A stretch of 60,000 nt of DNA from Malacoraja senta (Eukaryota), in the NCBI GenBank assembly GCA_038087875.1, contig CM075998.1, positions 4,280,001-4,340,000 of the forward strand, given 5' to 3'. Both the position numbers and the translations under genes were made by a program. Each line of letters opens with the position of its first letter. Position 1 is the stretch's first letter. Positions 12,590 through 25,905 of this stretch are shown here, piece after piece. A model generated the notes under the pieces. The model ran no database searches and was not told the DNA's origin. It worked only from the letters and a program-made list of their open reading frames with translations.

Positions 12590-13670
12590 AGTATCAGTAT
12601 AGTGAATTTTCTCTAAAGTGCTTCCAATGTATTAACACCCTTCCTTAAATGAGGAAACTAATACTGTACTCTCGGTGTGGTCTCCTTAATGTCCTTTATA
12701 AATGAAGCATAATCTTCCTATTTTTGCATTTAAGTCACCACAATAAACACTAATATTCTGTTAGGTTTCTCAATTACCTGCTGGATCTGCTTACTGGTCA
12801 TTTGAAAATCACTAAGGCACCCAGATCCCTGTGTATCCTATACTTTTGCAAACTCTCATCATATAGCTGGTACATTTTTTTATTTTTCCTAATAAATGGA
12901 CAATTTCGAATTTCCCCTGACTATTCTTCATTTGCAAGATTTTTGTGCAGCCATTTGACCTACCTGTAATCCCTTGTAGCCTTCTTATGTCCTCTTCACA
13001 ACTTACTTTCCGACCTAACTTTGTGCCATCACTAGATTTAGCAGCCATATATTTTCAGTGCCTTCATCCAAATCATTTCTATAAACTGTTTAAAAAATGA
13101 GGCTCCAACATTGATCCCTGCGGCATACCACTCGTTATATCATGCCAACCAGAGAAATACCTATTTATGCCTACTCTTGGGTTTCCTGTTAACCGTCGGT
13201 CGGTCAGTCGGTCGAGGACGTGGCGCCGAGGACAAAGAGGGACTCAGAGTGGGGGGTGCATGGGGTGACCACCAGGGGGCGAGAAGGAAGAATTATTTTG
13301 TAACTTTGTCGATGCCCTTTATGTGGCCACTCTTTGCATACCTTGTGTGTTGTATGTAAAACAAGGAGTTTCACTGTACCAAGTACATGTGACAATAAAG
13401 TATCAATCAGTCAATCAATCTACTCTCACCAACGCATAATCCCGGACATCATGAGCTTTTATTTTGTGTAATAACCTTTGATGTGGCATCTTATCAAATA
13501 TCTTCTAGTAATGTAAGTATCTTACGTCCACCATTTCCATTTTACCCACAGCACGTTACTTCTTAAAATAACTCCAATAAACTGATCAAACTTCATTTTC
13601 CTGTCACAAAACCATGTTGAGTTTGCCCGCTAACCTTGCCTTGATATAACATCTTTAATAATAGTTTCAA
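12590..13670 (-). mobile_element. Old degraded CR1 RT fragment (interrupted ~13190-13420)
   Basis: ORF 12812-13048 'SSDGTKLGRKVSCEEDIRRLQ' is a decayed [16 protein letters not shown]. Confidence 0.7.
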
Positions 13671-15940
13671 AATACCACCAGGGGGCGCCGGGGAGATGGC
13701 AGCCCTGCCGGCAGTCTGTTTGTCTTTTCACTCTTTTTGTTATTTTATAGTGTGTTAAAAGTTTGTTTGAATATGTTCCTCGGTTTGTTTTATGTGGGGG
13801 AGGGGGGAGGGGATCGGGGGAAACTTTGTTTTCAGGTTCTTACCTTGCCGGAGATGGGATTAATTTTCGCATCGCATTCTCTGGGCTCTGCGGCCTACCA
13901 CCAATGGAGCTGGAAGCCTCCTCGGACTGTCGTGAACCCCACCGCGGGGCACGGACTTAACATTGGAGCTGATCCCTTGCCTGGGATCGCTCCCACCGTG
14001 ACCACCCCGGAACCAACACCAAGGGCTCGCAGTCTTCGGGAGAGGCCGAGTCAGGAAGCTCCAACGTCGCGGAAGGTTCGACCAGACCCGACGCGAGGTT
14101 TGATCGCCCGGCGCGGGGGAGCTGACATTCCCCCGATGCGGGAGCTGATCACCTCGATGCGGAGGGCCCGAACGCCGTCGGCTACAGGAGTCAAGATCGT
14201 CCCGTCAACGGGGGCTCGAGGCCCACGACCGAGGAAGAACTAAGGGAAGGGACTTGAACTTTATTTCACCTTCCATCACAGTGAGGAATGTGGAGGAGTC
14301 ACTGTGGTGGATGTTTATGTTAAAATGTATTTTTGAGTGATCTGTTGCTTTTAATTGTATGACTGACCTGGCCAATGAAATTCCTCGTATTTTGCAAAAC
14401 ATACTTAGCGAATAAAGTGTGATTCTGATTCTGATTCTGAAAATGTAGGTCCGCATGGTGGCGCAACGGTAAAGTTGCTGCCCTACAGCGCCAGAGACCC
14501 GGGTTTGTACGTTCTCCCTGTGACCATGTGGGTTTTCTCCTGGTGCTCCGGTTTCCTCCCACACTCCAAAGACGTACAGGTTTGTAGGTAGATTGGCTTC
14601 AGTGAAGATTGTAAATTGTCCCTAGTGTGCAGGATGGTGGCAGTGTACTGGGACTCGGTGGGCCGAAGGGCCTGTTTCCGCTCTGTATCTCTAAACTAAA
14701 GTAAAAGTTTTCACTAAAGCAAACTTCCTTTCCTGTAGTCTCCAACTTTCTAACCCCTGTTCATCAGGACCTGGAAACCTCTCAGTCCACAGATCAAATA
14801 ATGAGCTCAGTATTAGTCCTTCGCTCCATAGATGCTGCCTCACCCGCTGAGTTTCTCCAGCACTTTTGTCTACCTTCGATTCTCCAGCATCTGCAGTCCC
14901 TTCTTGAACATTAGTATTACCCTGATGATTGTAATTTTCCCCAAGTTCCTGTCTCCCTTCCAATTCCTAATTTAAATCTCTTTCTGGGATATTACTTGTA
15001 TCCTCTAGCATGAAGACTGATACAAAATACCTACTTAATTCTCCTGTTCATCCCATTATTATTTCTCCAGACTCACTTTCTATAGAACAAATACTCATTT
15101 ATTAACTCTTTTAAAAAAATATCTGAAGAAACCTTTGTTATCCGCTTTCATTGCATTTCAAGATGGCTTGATCTTGAATTCTAATTTGTCCGTCATTATT
15201 CTTCTGGTCACTCATTGCCATTTTTCATCTTCTCACTTGCTTGTCATTTTGCACAATTATCTGCTTTTTCTTTAAGTTTAATACTATCATTAATTCTGTT
15301 GTTAACTAAGAATGATGGGTCCAACTCCTACAATTTATATGACTTGTTGGAATGTATCTCCTCTGAGTATTTTGAAAGATCTCCCTATATCCCCAACCAG
15401 TCTCTTGACATAATATGCCAAATTGATGCCACTAGCTCCACTATCATAATTCCCCTTATTTAAGTTCAACATTTTAGTCTTGGGCCCATACGTTTCTCAG
15501 TGGTAAAGTTGCTGCCTTACAGGGCCAGAGACATGGTTCGATCCTGACTACGGGTGCAGTCTTTTTCGGAGTTTATCAATTGGATGGTTTTTGAAAGTTA
15601 TAATTTTTTGACTTGAAGGCCTTGGACTTGGACAGAAAGATTTTCACTGTACCTCAGTATATGTGAAAAGAAATTAAACTAAAATCTTCTAAAAAGTATG
15701 CTTGGAATTGGTGTGTTTCACATGAAAGCTGTGCGTAGATTGGCGTCGATATGATGTCTGCATGCACACCAGGCCAGAATATATCACTACTATTGAAACA
15801 TTTGAGTGCTTCATTATTTTCCTTCAGCTTTCAGCTTGTTTCTCTTTCATATCTATTTGAAGAACATTTGGAAGTTGGATTGTCAACGTTTTATTCAGGT
15901 AGTGTTTATATGAGGATCTGGTTTTAAAACCAGATCCTCA

Positions 15941-16720
15941 TACTCAACTCCAAGAAGACGAAGGAAATTATTGTCGACTTCAGGAAGGTCAGAGGGGGCA
16001 GACATACCCCCATCCATATAAACGGGACTGAGGTGGAGCGCGTCTCCAGCTACAAATTCCTCGGGGTACACATCTCGGAGGATTTGTCCTGGTCCCTCAA
16101 CACCTCCAAGCTGATCAAAAAGGCACAGCAGCGCCTTTACTTCCTGAGGAGGCTCAAGAAAGCCCACCTGTCCCCCCAGATCCTGACCAACTTCTACCGG
16201 TGTACCATCGAAAGCATCCTGACCACCTGCTTCACGGTATGGTACAGCAGCTGCACTGTTGCGGACAGGAAGGCACTACAACGGGTGGTGAAAACCGCGC
16301 AGCACATCATCGGTGCCCTGCTCCCTGCCATGGATGCCCTCCACCGAAAACGGTGTCTGAAACGGGCTGGGAAGATCATTAAAGACCCCTCCCACCCCAA
16401 CCATGGACTGTTTGCCCTCCTCCCATCAGGGAGGCGGTACAGGAGCCTCAGGTCTCGTACCAGTAGGATGAGGAACAGCTTCTACAATTATACCGTCGCA
16501 TTGCTGAACTCGGAGTCCCACCGATAGATTCCCCCGGTCCCTCCGTCCCCATTGTTCATTATTCTGTATTTTTGATTATTCTGTATCCTCTTTTAAAAAT
16601 TTTTTTTTTTAATGTCTATATTGCACTGCTACTACGGACTGACGCAAAACTGCATTTCGTTGTACCCATACTCAGTATTTGTGCAATGACATTAAAGTTG
16701 AATTGAATTGAATTGAATTG
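15941..16720 (+). mobile_element. Rex1/Babar-clade LINE 3' portion
   Basis: ORF 16033-16527 'KFLGVHISEDLSWS...KAQQRLYFLRRLKK...FYRCTIESILT...LLPSGRRYRSL'; (TTGAA)n tail. Confidence 0.85.
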
Positions 16721-18344
16721 AAAAAAAAAAACACTGGCCAAGAAATCTGTTTTCACACCACTGAAAATAGGTATAACACACAGCAGGGCAAAATTATGTC
16801 CCTCTCTGGGCATTTAGCACCAACAGGAAATTCAGCAGCTGATTTTCTGGTGGGATTTTCATTCAATTCATAGAGTGAAGGGTCTTGACACAGAACGTCA
16901 CCCATTCCTTTTCTCCAGAGATGCTGCCTGACCCGCTGAATTAGTCCAGCAATTTTGTGTCTATCTTCGGTGGAAGCCAGCATCTGCAGTTCCTTCTTAC
17001 ACAGATTGATATTCAGTTGAGAAATCAAGCACTGTAAAAGTTATATCACCTACTGAACTTCCATTGATGGATATGCACACAAGTTGGTCGTTACTTTTCT
17101 CTGTCCTGTTAGCTCAGTGGTAAAGATGTGTATTTAACTGAGCTGTACAGATCAACAAACCTTCTATTTCCATCATGCACTCCACCCACTAACACAAACA
17201 CCATTTAGGCTCATGTATGAACTTGCACAAGGGTATTAAAGATCTTTAACTGGTGAGGGAGGCCATTTGGCCCATCTTGATTCTCCATCCAGAGAGATTC
17301 GAATGTCACCTTGTTTGTAGCATTCAATTAATTCCTGAATGGTTCAAGGCTTTTTGCCATCCTTGTGTAGGAAGGAACTGCAGATGCTGGTTTAAACCGA
17401 AGATAGACACAAAAAGCTGGAGTAACTCAGCGGGACAGGCAGCATCTCTGCAGAGAAGGAATGGGTGTAGAAAGGTCTCGACCTGAAACGTCACCCATTC
17501 CTTCTCTCCAGAGATGCTGCCTGTCCCGCTGAGTTACTCCAGCTTTTTGTGTCTATCTTAGTGCCATCTGGGTGCCCATAAATGCGTTGGAGCACTTTGT
17601 GAAAAGGATCCTCTTTTCCGATGTTCCAAAGTTGCCTTTCACACCTTGGTGCGAGTAGCTTTAAGACATTTCGCTCCATTCAAACTCATCAATCAGGGCC
17701 TTTGCCTGTCTTTATAAGTAAAGAGAATTGCCCTTTAGCGAGGTGTGGAATGGGGAGGTGGGGATTCACAAAGCTGTGAGCTTTGTCAATGCGTGGAATG
17801 TTTGCACGGCTGTAAGGATTGGGGGATGGGAGGCTGCGGGCTTCGTTCTCCACCTGTTTGCTCCGCGTTCTTCGGGGCCGAACCTTGATGAATCATGGAA
17901 ACCGTGAAAGCAGGGGAAGGAAAATAAAGAATTCTTGCTCTTTCAATCCAAACAGCGACCACGACCAACAGGTAGCTGCCAAGCATAATAAAATCAGAGA
18001 CTTGTTTGAGAATAAACCATTGATTTCCACAGTAGCTTTTACTGCAGTGAATAACCCAGGGATTTGGAATTAAATTCCTGTCCTTGTAGCCACTAAAAAT
18101 GCAGAGTAAATATGCCATTCAGTAACCTCTTTTGAAATCTTGGCCTCATCCCTGGCCATACTGTGACACAATGATATATAACCAAACAATTAACAACTAG
18201 GGTACACAAAAATGCTGGAGAAACTCAGCGGGTGCAGCAGCATCTATGGAGCGAAGGAAATAGGTAACGTTTCAGGCCGAAACCCTTCTTCAGACAAAAG
18301 AATTAACAACTAGCCAGATTCAACAGGCCAGCTCTTAGTTTTTT

Positions 18345-19402
18345 TTAAATTATTATTATTTTTTTTTTAATTTATTAGAAGTAAGTACAATTGTATACAA
18401 TCATATTTTCATAATACATTTTATGTACAGCTTCTTATTTTAATTTTTATAATAAAGAAGAAAAATAAAAAGAAGTTAGATAATGAAGTATAGAAAAATG
18501 TGAGATATATAGTGTGTGGAAAAGACAAATAGAAAGTGAAAGAGGAAAGTTAAAGAATAGAAAATAGGAAAAAGAGAAGAAAAGGAGAAAAGGGAAGAAA
18601 AAGAAAAAAGAAGTAAGGAAATCTTATTTAGAATCTTGACCATCCCTCACCCAGTCACGAGTTAGCTTTTACAATTGTGTTAGAGATTAGAGATTAGAGA
18701 TTCCTTTATTTGTCGTTCAGACCGAAATTTCGTTGCCTGCAGTCATACATATAATAATAAATAACAAAACACACAATAAACACAAATTAACATCCACCAC
18801 AGTGAGTTCACCAGGCACCTCCTCACTGTGATGGAGGCATGATATGATTCCAAAAAGACGACAAATGGAGACCAACTCGTTGTGAATTGGTCAAATTTAT
18901 CTATTAGGAGGAATCGCATTTCCTCAAGATGTGCGGTGTCCATCTTGAGGAAATTGTACATGTGTACATTGTGTTGTGTCTCGGGTCTTCTTCGTTTTGT
19001 AATGTATGGCTGCAGAAACGACATTTCGTTTGGACCTCAACGGGGTCCAAATGACAAATAAATTGTATTGTATTGCATTGTATACTTGCAATCCACATTT
19101 TGAGCGTTGGTATTGGTGTATTTTTCCAAAAATGTAAGTATTAATTTTTTTGCTATTATTAAACCATAATTAAAAAATAATTTTTGAGATGGAGTCAGTT
19201 TATTCCCATCCTCCATTACCCCAAATATAATCAATTCATTATTAGGTTCCATTTTTATCTTAAATAATTTTGTGAATATTTCGAAAATATCACTCCAAAA
19301 TCTATAACGTTTTATACAGGGAACAAAAGAGTGTGTTATAGTTGCATCTTGGGTTAAACACTTATCGCAAGTGGGGGGTATATTTGGGTAAAATTTATTT
19401 AA
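18345..19402 (-). mobile_element. L1/Tx1-like LINE 3' end with nested insertions
   Basis: 'QKLFFNYGLIIAKKLILTF' and 'HLEEMRFLL', homologous to 59200-59800; poly-T (poly-A on -) near 18360. Confidence 0.6.
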
Positions 19403-21102
19403 TCTTAGTTTAGTTTAGTTTAGAGATACAGAGCAGAAACAGGCCCTTCGGCCCACCGAGTCCGTGCCGACCAGCGATCCCCGCACACTAACACTACCCT
19501 ACACACACTAGGGACAAGTTACATTTATACCAAGCCAATTAACCGACAAACTTGTACGTCTTTGGAACGGAGATGAGGAAACACTTTTTCTCACAGAGAG
19601 TGGTGAGTGTGGAATTCTCTGCCTCAGAGGGCGGTGGAGGCCGGTTCTCTGGATGCTTTCAAGAGAGAGCTAGATAGGGCTCTTAAAGATAGCGGAGTCA
19701 GGGGATATGGGGAGAAGGCAAGAACGGGGTACTGATTGGGGATGATCAGCCGTGATCACATTGAATTGTCTATTGAGTGTGGGAGGAAACCGAAGATCTA
19801 TAGACAATAGACAATAGGTGCAGGAGTCGGCCATTTGGCCCTTCGAGCCAGCACCGCCATTCAATGTGATCATGGCTGATCATCCCCAATCAGTACCCCG
19901 TTCCTGCCTTCTCCCCATATCCCCTGACTCCGCGGAGAGGAGGATGTAGGGAGACGGCAGCAGATGCTGGACAAAAGGTAAGACCCCCAGGTTCTAAGAG
20001 GTAAGAAGAACCAGGGGGGGGGGGGGGTCTTACCGTCCGCGCATTCAAGGTGGGCTGAGGGAGGTGCCCCTTGCGTAAACAAGGGCTGAAGAGGGATGGC
20101 GAAAGAGAGTGACGACAGTTCGTGGGACGACTGGAATGGGGGGCAACTGCTGCAATGGGCCTTCATGGCCAACTGTAGCTGGGACTGTAAAATGGTGCCA
20201 AAATGGCGGCTCTTGCACATGGACTTATATGTGGTGATAGTCTTGCGGAGCCGTATGCCAAAAAACGTATTTCACTGTACCTTGGTCCACGTGATAATAA
20301 AGAAACCATTGGAAACACTGAAACATAGAACTATCCTATCAATATGAAGAAGGGTCTCGACTTGAAACGTCACCCATTCCTTCTCTCCAGAGATGCTGCC
20401 TGTCCCGCTGAGTTACTCCAGCATTTTGTGTCTATCTTCGGTGTAAACCAGCATCTGCCAATCCTTCCTACACATTCAGCTGCGTTGCTGTAGTGTGGAC
20501 TTGTGTGTCTGTTGGGTATGATCTTCAAACCAGTTTTTGATCATTGGCAAGCCAGTGTTAGTTGGTTCTTTACAGCTGTATTGAAAATCCATTCAAAAGT
20601 GCATTGCAAAAAGCAGTCGTTCCGGATGTGCATGACAGGGCCGCTTCAGGGCGGGCACGGTGGCGCACTGGTAGAGTTGCTGCCTCACAGCGCCGGAGAC
20701 CCGGGTTCCATCCCGACTGTCAGATGCTGTCTGTACGGAGTTTGTGCGTTTTCCCTGGGTTTTCTCCGAGATCTTCGGTTTCCTCCCACACTCCAAAGAC
20801 GTGCAGGTTTGTAGTTGAATTGGCTTGGTGTAAATGTAAATCGTCCCTAGGGTGTGTAGGATAGTGTACGTGTGCGGGGATCGCTGGTCTGCGCGGCCCT
20901 GGTGGGCCGAATGGTCTATTTCCGCGCTGTATCTCTGAACTAAACTCAAGATAGACACGAAAAGCTGGAGTAACTCAGCGAGACAGGCAGCATCTCTGGA
21001 GAGAAGGAATGGGTGACATTTTAGGTCGAGACAGTGACCCGTCTGAAGAAGGGTCTTTGACCCGAAACGTCACCCATTCCTTCTCTCTGGAGATACTGCC
21101 TA

Positions 21103-21930
21103 GTTCGCCACCTCCAACGTATCCTCCGTCGGTTTCGCCACCTCCAACGTGACCCCACCACTCGCCACATCTTCCCATCTCCCCCCATGTCTGCCTTCCG
21201 CAAAGACCGCTCCCTCCGTAACTCCCTTGTCAATTCTTCCCTTCCCTCCCGTACCACCCCTCCCCGGGCACTTTCCCTTGCAACCGCAAGAGATGCAACA
21301 CTTGTCCCTTCACCTCCCCCCTCGACTCCATTCAAGGACCCAAGCAGTCGTTCCAGGTGCGACAGAGGTTCACCTGCATCTCCTCCAACCTCATCTATTG
21401 CATCCGCTGCTCTAGATGCCAGCTGATCTACATCGGTGAGACCAAGCGGAGGCTTGGCGATCGTTTCGCCGAACACCTCCGGTCGGTCCGCAATAACCAA
21501 CTTGAACTCCCGGTGGCTCAGCACTTCAACTCCCCCTCCCATTCCGTATCTGACCTCTCTGTCCTGGGTCTCCTCCATGGTCACAGCGAGCAACACCGGA
21601 AATTGGAGGAAATGCACCTCATATTCCGCTTGGGCAGTCTACATCCTGGGGGCTTGAACATTGAATTCTCCCAATTCTGCTAGCCCTTGCTGTCCCCTCC
21701 CCTTCATCAGCCCTCTGGTTGTCTCCTCCCCTCCCCCAGCCCTCAGGCTCCTCCTCCGCCTTTTTCCTTTTTTCCTTTCTTCTCCCCACCCCCTATCAGT
21801 CTGAAGAAGGGTTTCGGCCCGAAACGTTGCCTGTTTCCTTCGCTCCATAGATGCTGCTGCACCCGCTGAGTTTCTCCAGCATTTATGTGTACCTTAGATT
21901 TTCCAGCATCTGCAGTTCCTTCTTTAACAC
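21103..21930 (+). mobile_element. Penelope-like element 3' part: GIY-YIG endonuclease domain and terminal repeat
   Basis: ORF 21357-21683 'NLIYCIRCSRCQLIYIGETKRRLGDRFAEH...VAQHFN' = GIY-YIG with the CxxC insert of Penelope endonucleases. Confidence 0.88.
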
Positions 21931-22177
21931 ACTGCCTAGTACCCGTTTGGTGTCCTGGCAAAATTGTGAAATTCATTAAGTGTAGCACTACAAGGTACCC
22001 CCTCTTCACTTATCTATCCTCACTGTTGATATCCAATGTCCTATGCATTTTAAAATTGGTGATTCAAGTCAAGAGAGTTTATTGTCATGTGTCCCAGATA
22101 GGACAATGACATTCATTCTTGCTTGCTGCAGCACAACAGAATATTGTAAACAAAAATACACAACAGTTCAGTTCAAA

Positions 22178-24270
22178 AATTGTTCATCCCAGTTTGGCAA
22201 AAGAATAAATCAAGGAAGGTAGTGCATCCGTGGATAACAAGGGAAATCAGGGATAGTATCAAAGCAAAAGATGATGCGTACAAATTAGCCAGAAAAAGCA
22301 GCATACCAGAGGACTGGGAGAAATTCAGAGACCAGCAGAGGAGGACAAAGGGCTTAATTAGGAAAGGGAAAATAGATTATGAAAGGAAACTGGCAGGGAA
22401 CATAAAAACTGACTGCAAAAGTTTTTATAGATATGTGAAGAGAAAGAGATTAGTTAAATCAAATGTAGGTCCCTTGCAGTCAGAAACGGGTGAATTGATC
22501 ATGGGGAACAAGGATATGGCAGACCAATTGAATAACTACTTTGGTTCCGTCTTCACTAAGGAAGACATAAATAATCTGCCGGAAATAGCAGGGGGCCGCA
22601 GGTCAAAGGAGATGGAGGAACTGAGTGAAATCCAGGTTAGTCGGGAAGTGGTGTTGGGTAAATTGAATGGATTAAAGGCCGATAAATCACCAGGGCCAGA
22701 TAGGCTGCATCCCAGAGTACTTAAGGAAGTAGCTCCAGAAATAGTGGATGCATTAGTGATAATTTTTCAAAACTCTTTAGATTCTGGAGTAGTTCCTGAG
22801 GATTGGAGGGTAGCAAACGTAACCCCACTTTTTAAGAAGGGAGGGAGAGAGAAAACGGGGAATTACAGACCAGTTAGTCTAACATCGGTAGTGGGGAAAC
22901 TGCTAGAGTCAGTTATTAAAGATGGGATAGCAGCACATTTGGAAAGTGGTGAAATCATTGGACAAAGTCAGCATGGATTTACAAAAGGTAAATCGTGTCT
23001 GACGAATCTTATAGAATTTTTCGAGGATGTAACTAGTAGAGTGGATAGGGGAGAACCAGTGGATGTGTTGTATCTGGACTTTCAGAAGGCTTTCGACAAG
23101 GTACCACATAAGAGATTAGGATACAAACTTAAATCACACGGTATTGGGGGTTCAGTATTGATGTGGATAGAGAACTGGCTGGCAAACAGGAAGCAAAGAG
23201 TAGGAGTAAACGGGTCCTTTTCACAATGGCAGGCAGTGACTAGTGGGGTACCACAAGGCTCAGTGCTGGGACCCCAGCTATTTACAATTTATATTAATGA
23301 TCTGGACGAGGGAATTGAAAGCAACATCTCCAAGTTTGCGGATGACACTAAGCTGGGGGGCAGTGTTAGCTGTGAGGAGGATGCTAGGAGACTGCAAGGT
23401 GACTTGGATAGGCTGGGTGAGTGGGCAAATGTTTGGCAGATGCAGTATAATGTGGATAAATGTGAGGTTATCCACTTTGGTAGCAAAAACGGGAAGGCAG
23501 ACTATTATCTAAATGGTGGCCGATTAGGAAATGGGGAGATGCAGCGAGACCTGGGTGTCATGGTACACCAGTCATTGAAAGTAGGCATGCAGGTGCAGCA
23601 GGCAGTGAAGAAAGCGAATGGTATGTTGGCCTTCATAGCAAGAGGATTTGAGTATAGGAGCAGTGAGGTTCTACTGCAGTTGTACAGGGTCTTGGTGAGA
23701 CCACACCTGGAGTATTGCGTACAGTTTTGGTCTCCAAATCTGAGGAAGGACATTATAGCCATAGAGGGAGTGCAGAGAAGGTTCACCAGACTGATTCCTG
23801 GGATGTCAGGACTTTCATATGAAGAAAGACTGGATAGACTTGGCTTATACTCGCTAGAATTTAGGAGATTGAGAGGGGATCTTATAGAAACGTACAAGAT
23901 TCTTATGGGGTTGGACAGGCTAGATGCAGGAAGATTGTTCCCGATGTTGGGGAAGTCCAGGACAAGGGGTCACAGCTTAAGGATAAGGGGAAAATCCTTT
24001 AAGACCGAGATGAGGAAAAACTTTTTCACACAGAGAGTGGTGAATCTCTGGAACTCTCTGCCACAGAGGGTAGTTGAGGCCAGTTCATTGGCTATATTTA
24101 AGAGGGAATTAGATGTGGCCCTTGTGGCTAAAGGGATCAGGGGGTATGGAGAGAAGGCAGGTACGGGATACTGAGTTGGATGATCAGCCATGATCGTATT
24201 GAATGGCGGTGCAGGCTCGAAGGGCCGAATGGCCTACTCCTGCACCTAATTTCTATGTATCTATGTATCT
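22178..24270 (+). mobile_element. 5'-truncated CR1 LINE with an open 664-aa ORF2 segment (reverse transcriptase)
   Basis: RT motifs NYRPVSLTS, YLDFQKAFDKV, GVPQGSVLGP, FADD without stops; 3'UTR ends in (TCTATGTA)n. Confidence 0.95.
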
Positions 24271-25504
24271 AATACACACATAAATAAACAGATAAAGTGC
24301 AATAGGCTGTTACAGTTCAGAGTCTGTTTGTTGGCGAGTTTAATAGCCTGATGGCTGTGGGGAAGCAGCTATTCCTGAACCTGGATGTACCAGTTTTCAG
24401 GCTCCTGTACCTTCTACCCGATGGTAGCGGAGAGATGAGTGCGTGGACAGGATGGTGTGGGTCCTTGACTGCCTTTTTGAGGCAGCGACTGCGATAGATC
24501 CCTTCGACGGTGGGGAGGTCAGAGCTGATAATGGACTGGGCAGTGGTTATGCCAATGTACAGGTTTATCCTGGGTAGTCTCGATGTCTGCCTGATCACAA
24601 GTCTTACTTGCGTTGGTGGCATGATTGTATGTCATATGCTCACGCCAGTCCCTGCATCGTCTCAACATGCTGCTGCTCCTTGAGCAGGTCAAACATTCCA
24701 CCTGGGAACCCATTCAGGTGAGTTCCCTTATTTACCTTCTTGCCTTCAGGCTTCAGTCTCATAACCATCCTCCCATCCCTCCAACTCAAGGTAATGAAGA
24801 TAGACACAAAACGCTGGAGTAACTCAGTGGGACAGGCAGCATCTCGGGAGAGAAGGAATGGGTGACGTTTTGGGTCGAGACCCTTCTTCAGACCGATCTG
24901 ATTAATGACCCCAATTCAATCAACATCAACCTATGACTTTGCCTTCTAATCCCCTGATTCGATTTTAGTTTAGTTTAGTTTAGTTTAGTTTAGTTTGGAG
25001 ATACAGAGGCCCCATAGCAGAAGCGTCCATGTCGCGGGGCTGGAAACTGGAAGTATCCCGAGCTAATTCTGTTCCCACCATCGTCTATTGCGACAAGTGA
25101 TGGCTCCCACTGATTGTAGCCGGAAGCTCGCGTCCTTTTCAGGACGGACGATGGCAGTGAGGTCTACATTTGTGACAAGATGGACTTGAAAGAAGAAGAG
25201 ATACAGCGCAGAAACAGGCCCTTCGGCCCACCGAGTCCGCTCCGACCTGCGATCCCCGCACACTAACTCTATCCTACACACACGAGGAACAATTCTTACA
25301 ATTTTACCAAAGCCAATTAACCTACATACCTGCACGTCTTTGGAGTGTGGGAGGAATTTGGAGCACCCAGAGAAAACCCACGAAAGTCACGGGGAGACAA
25401 TACAAACTCCGTACAGACAGCACCCGCAGTCGGGATCGAACCCGGGTCTCTGGCGCTGTAATTGCTCAATTTAGCTGCACCAGACCACACAACTATGTCT
25501 CAGG

Positions 25505-25905
25505 CACACAAAAATGTTGGAGAAACTCAGCGGGTGCAGCAGCATCTATGGAGCGAAGGAAATAGGTAACGTTTCGGGCCGAAACCCTTCTTCAGACTGA
25601 TAGGGGGTGGGGAGAAGAAAGGAAAAAAGGAAAAAGGCGGAGGAGGAGCCCGAGGGCTGGGGGAGGGGAGGAGACAACCAGATGGCTGATGAAGGGGAGG
25701 GGACAGCAAGGGCTAGCAGAATTGGGAGAATTCAATGTTCAAGCCCCCAGGATGTAGACTGCCCAAGCGGAATATGAGGTGCATTTCCTCCAATTTACAG
25801 TGTTGCTCGCTGTGGCCATGGAGGAGACCCAGGACAGAGAGGTCAGATACGGAATGGGAGGGGGAGTTGAAGTGCTGAGCCACCGGGAGTTCAGGTTGGT
25901 TATCT
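25505..25905 (-). mobile_element. Penelope-like element 3' fragment, inverted near-identical copy of 21490-21890
   Basis: 'NQPELPVAQHFNSPSHSVSDLSVLGLLHGHSEQH.KLEEMHLIFRLGSLHPGGLNIEFSQFC' on the - strand. Confidence 0.88.

Noticed and set aside
13737..14243. 168-aa ORF
   Set aside because: Lies in a GC-rich interspersed repeat whose 3' end recurs at 110-295 and 18680-18840; no recognisable domain
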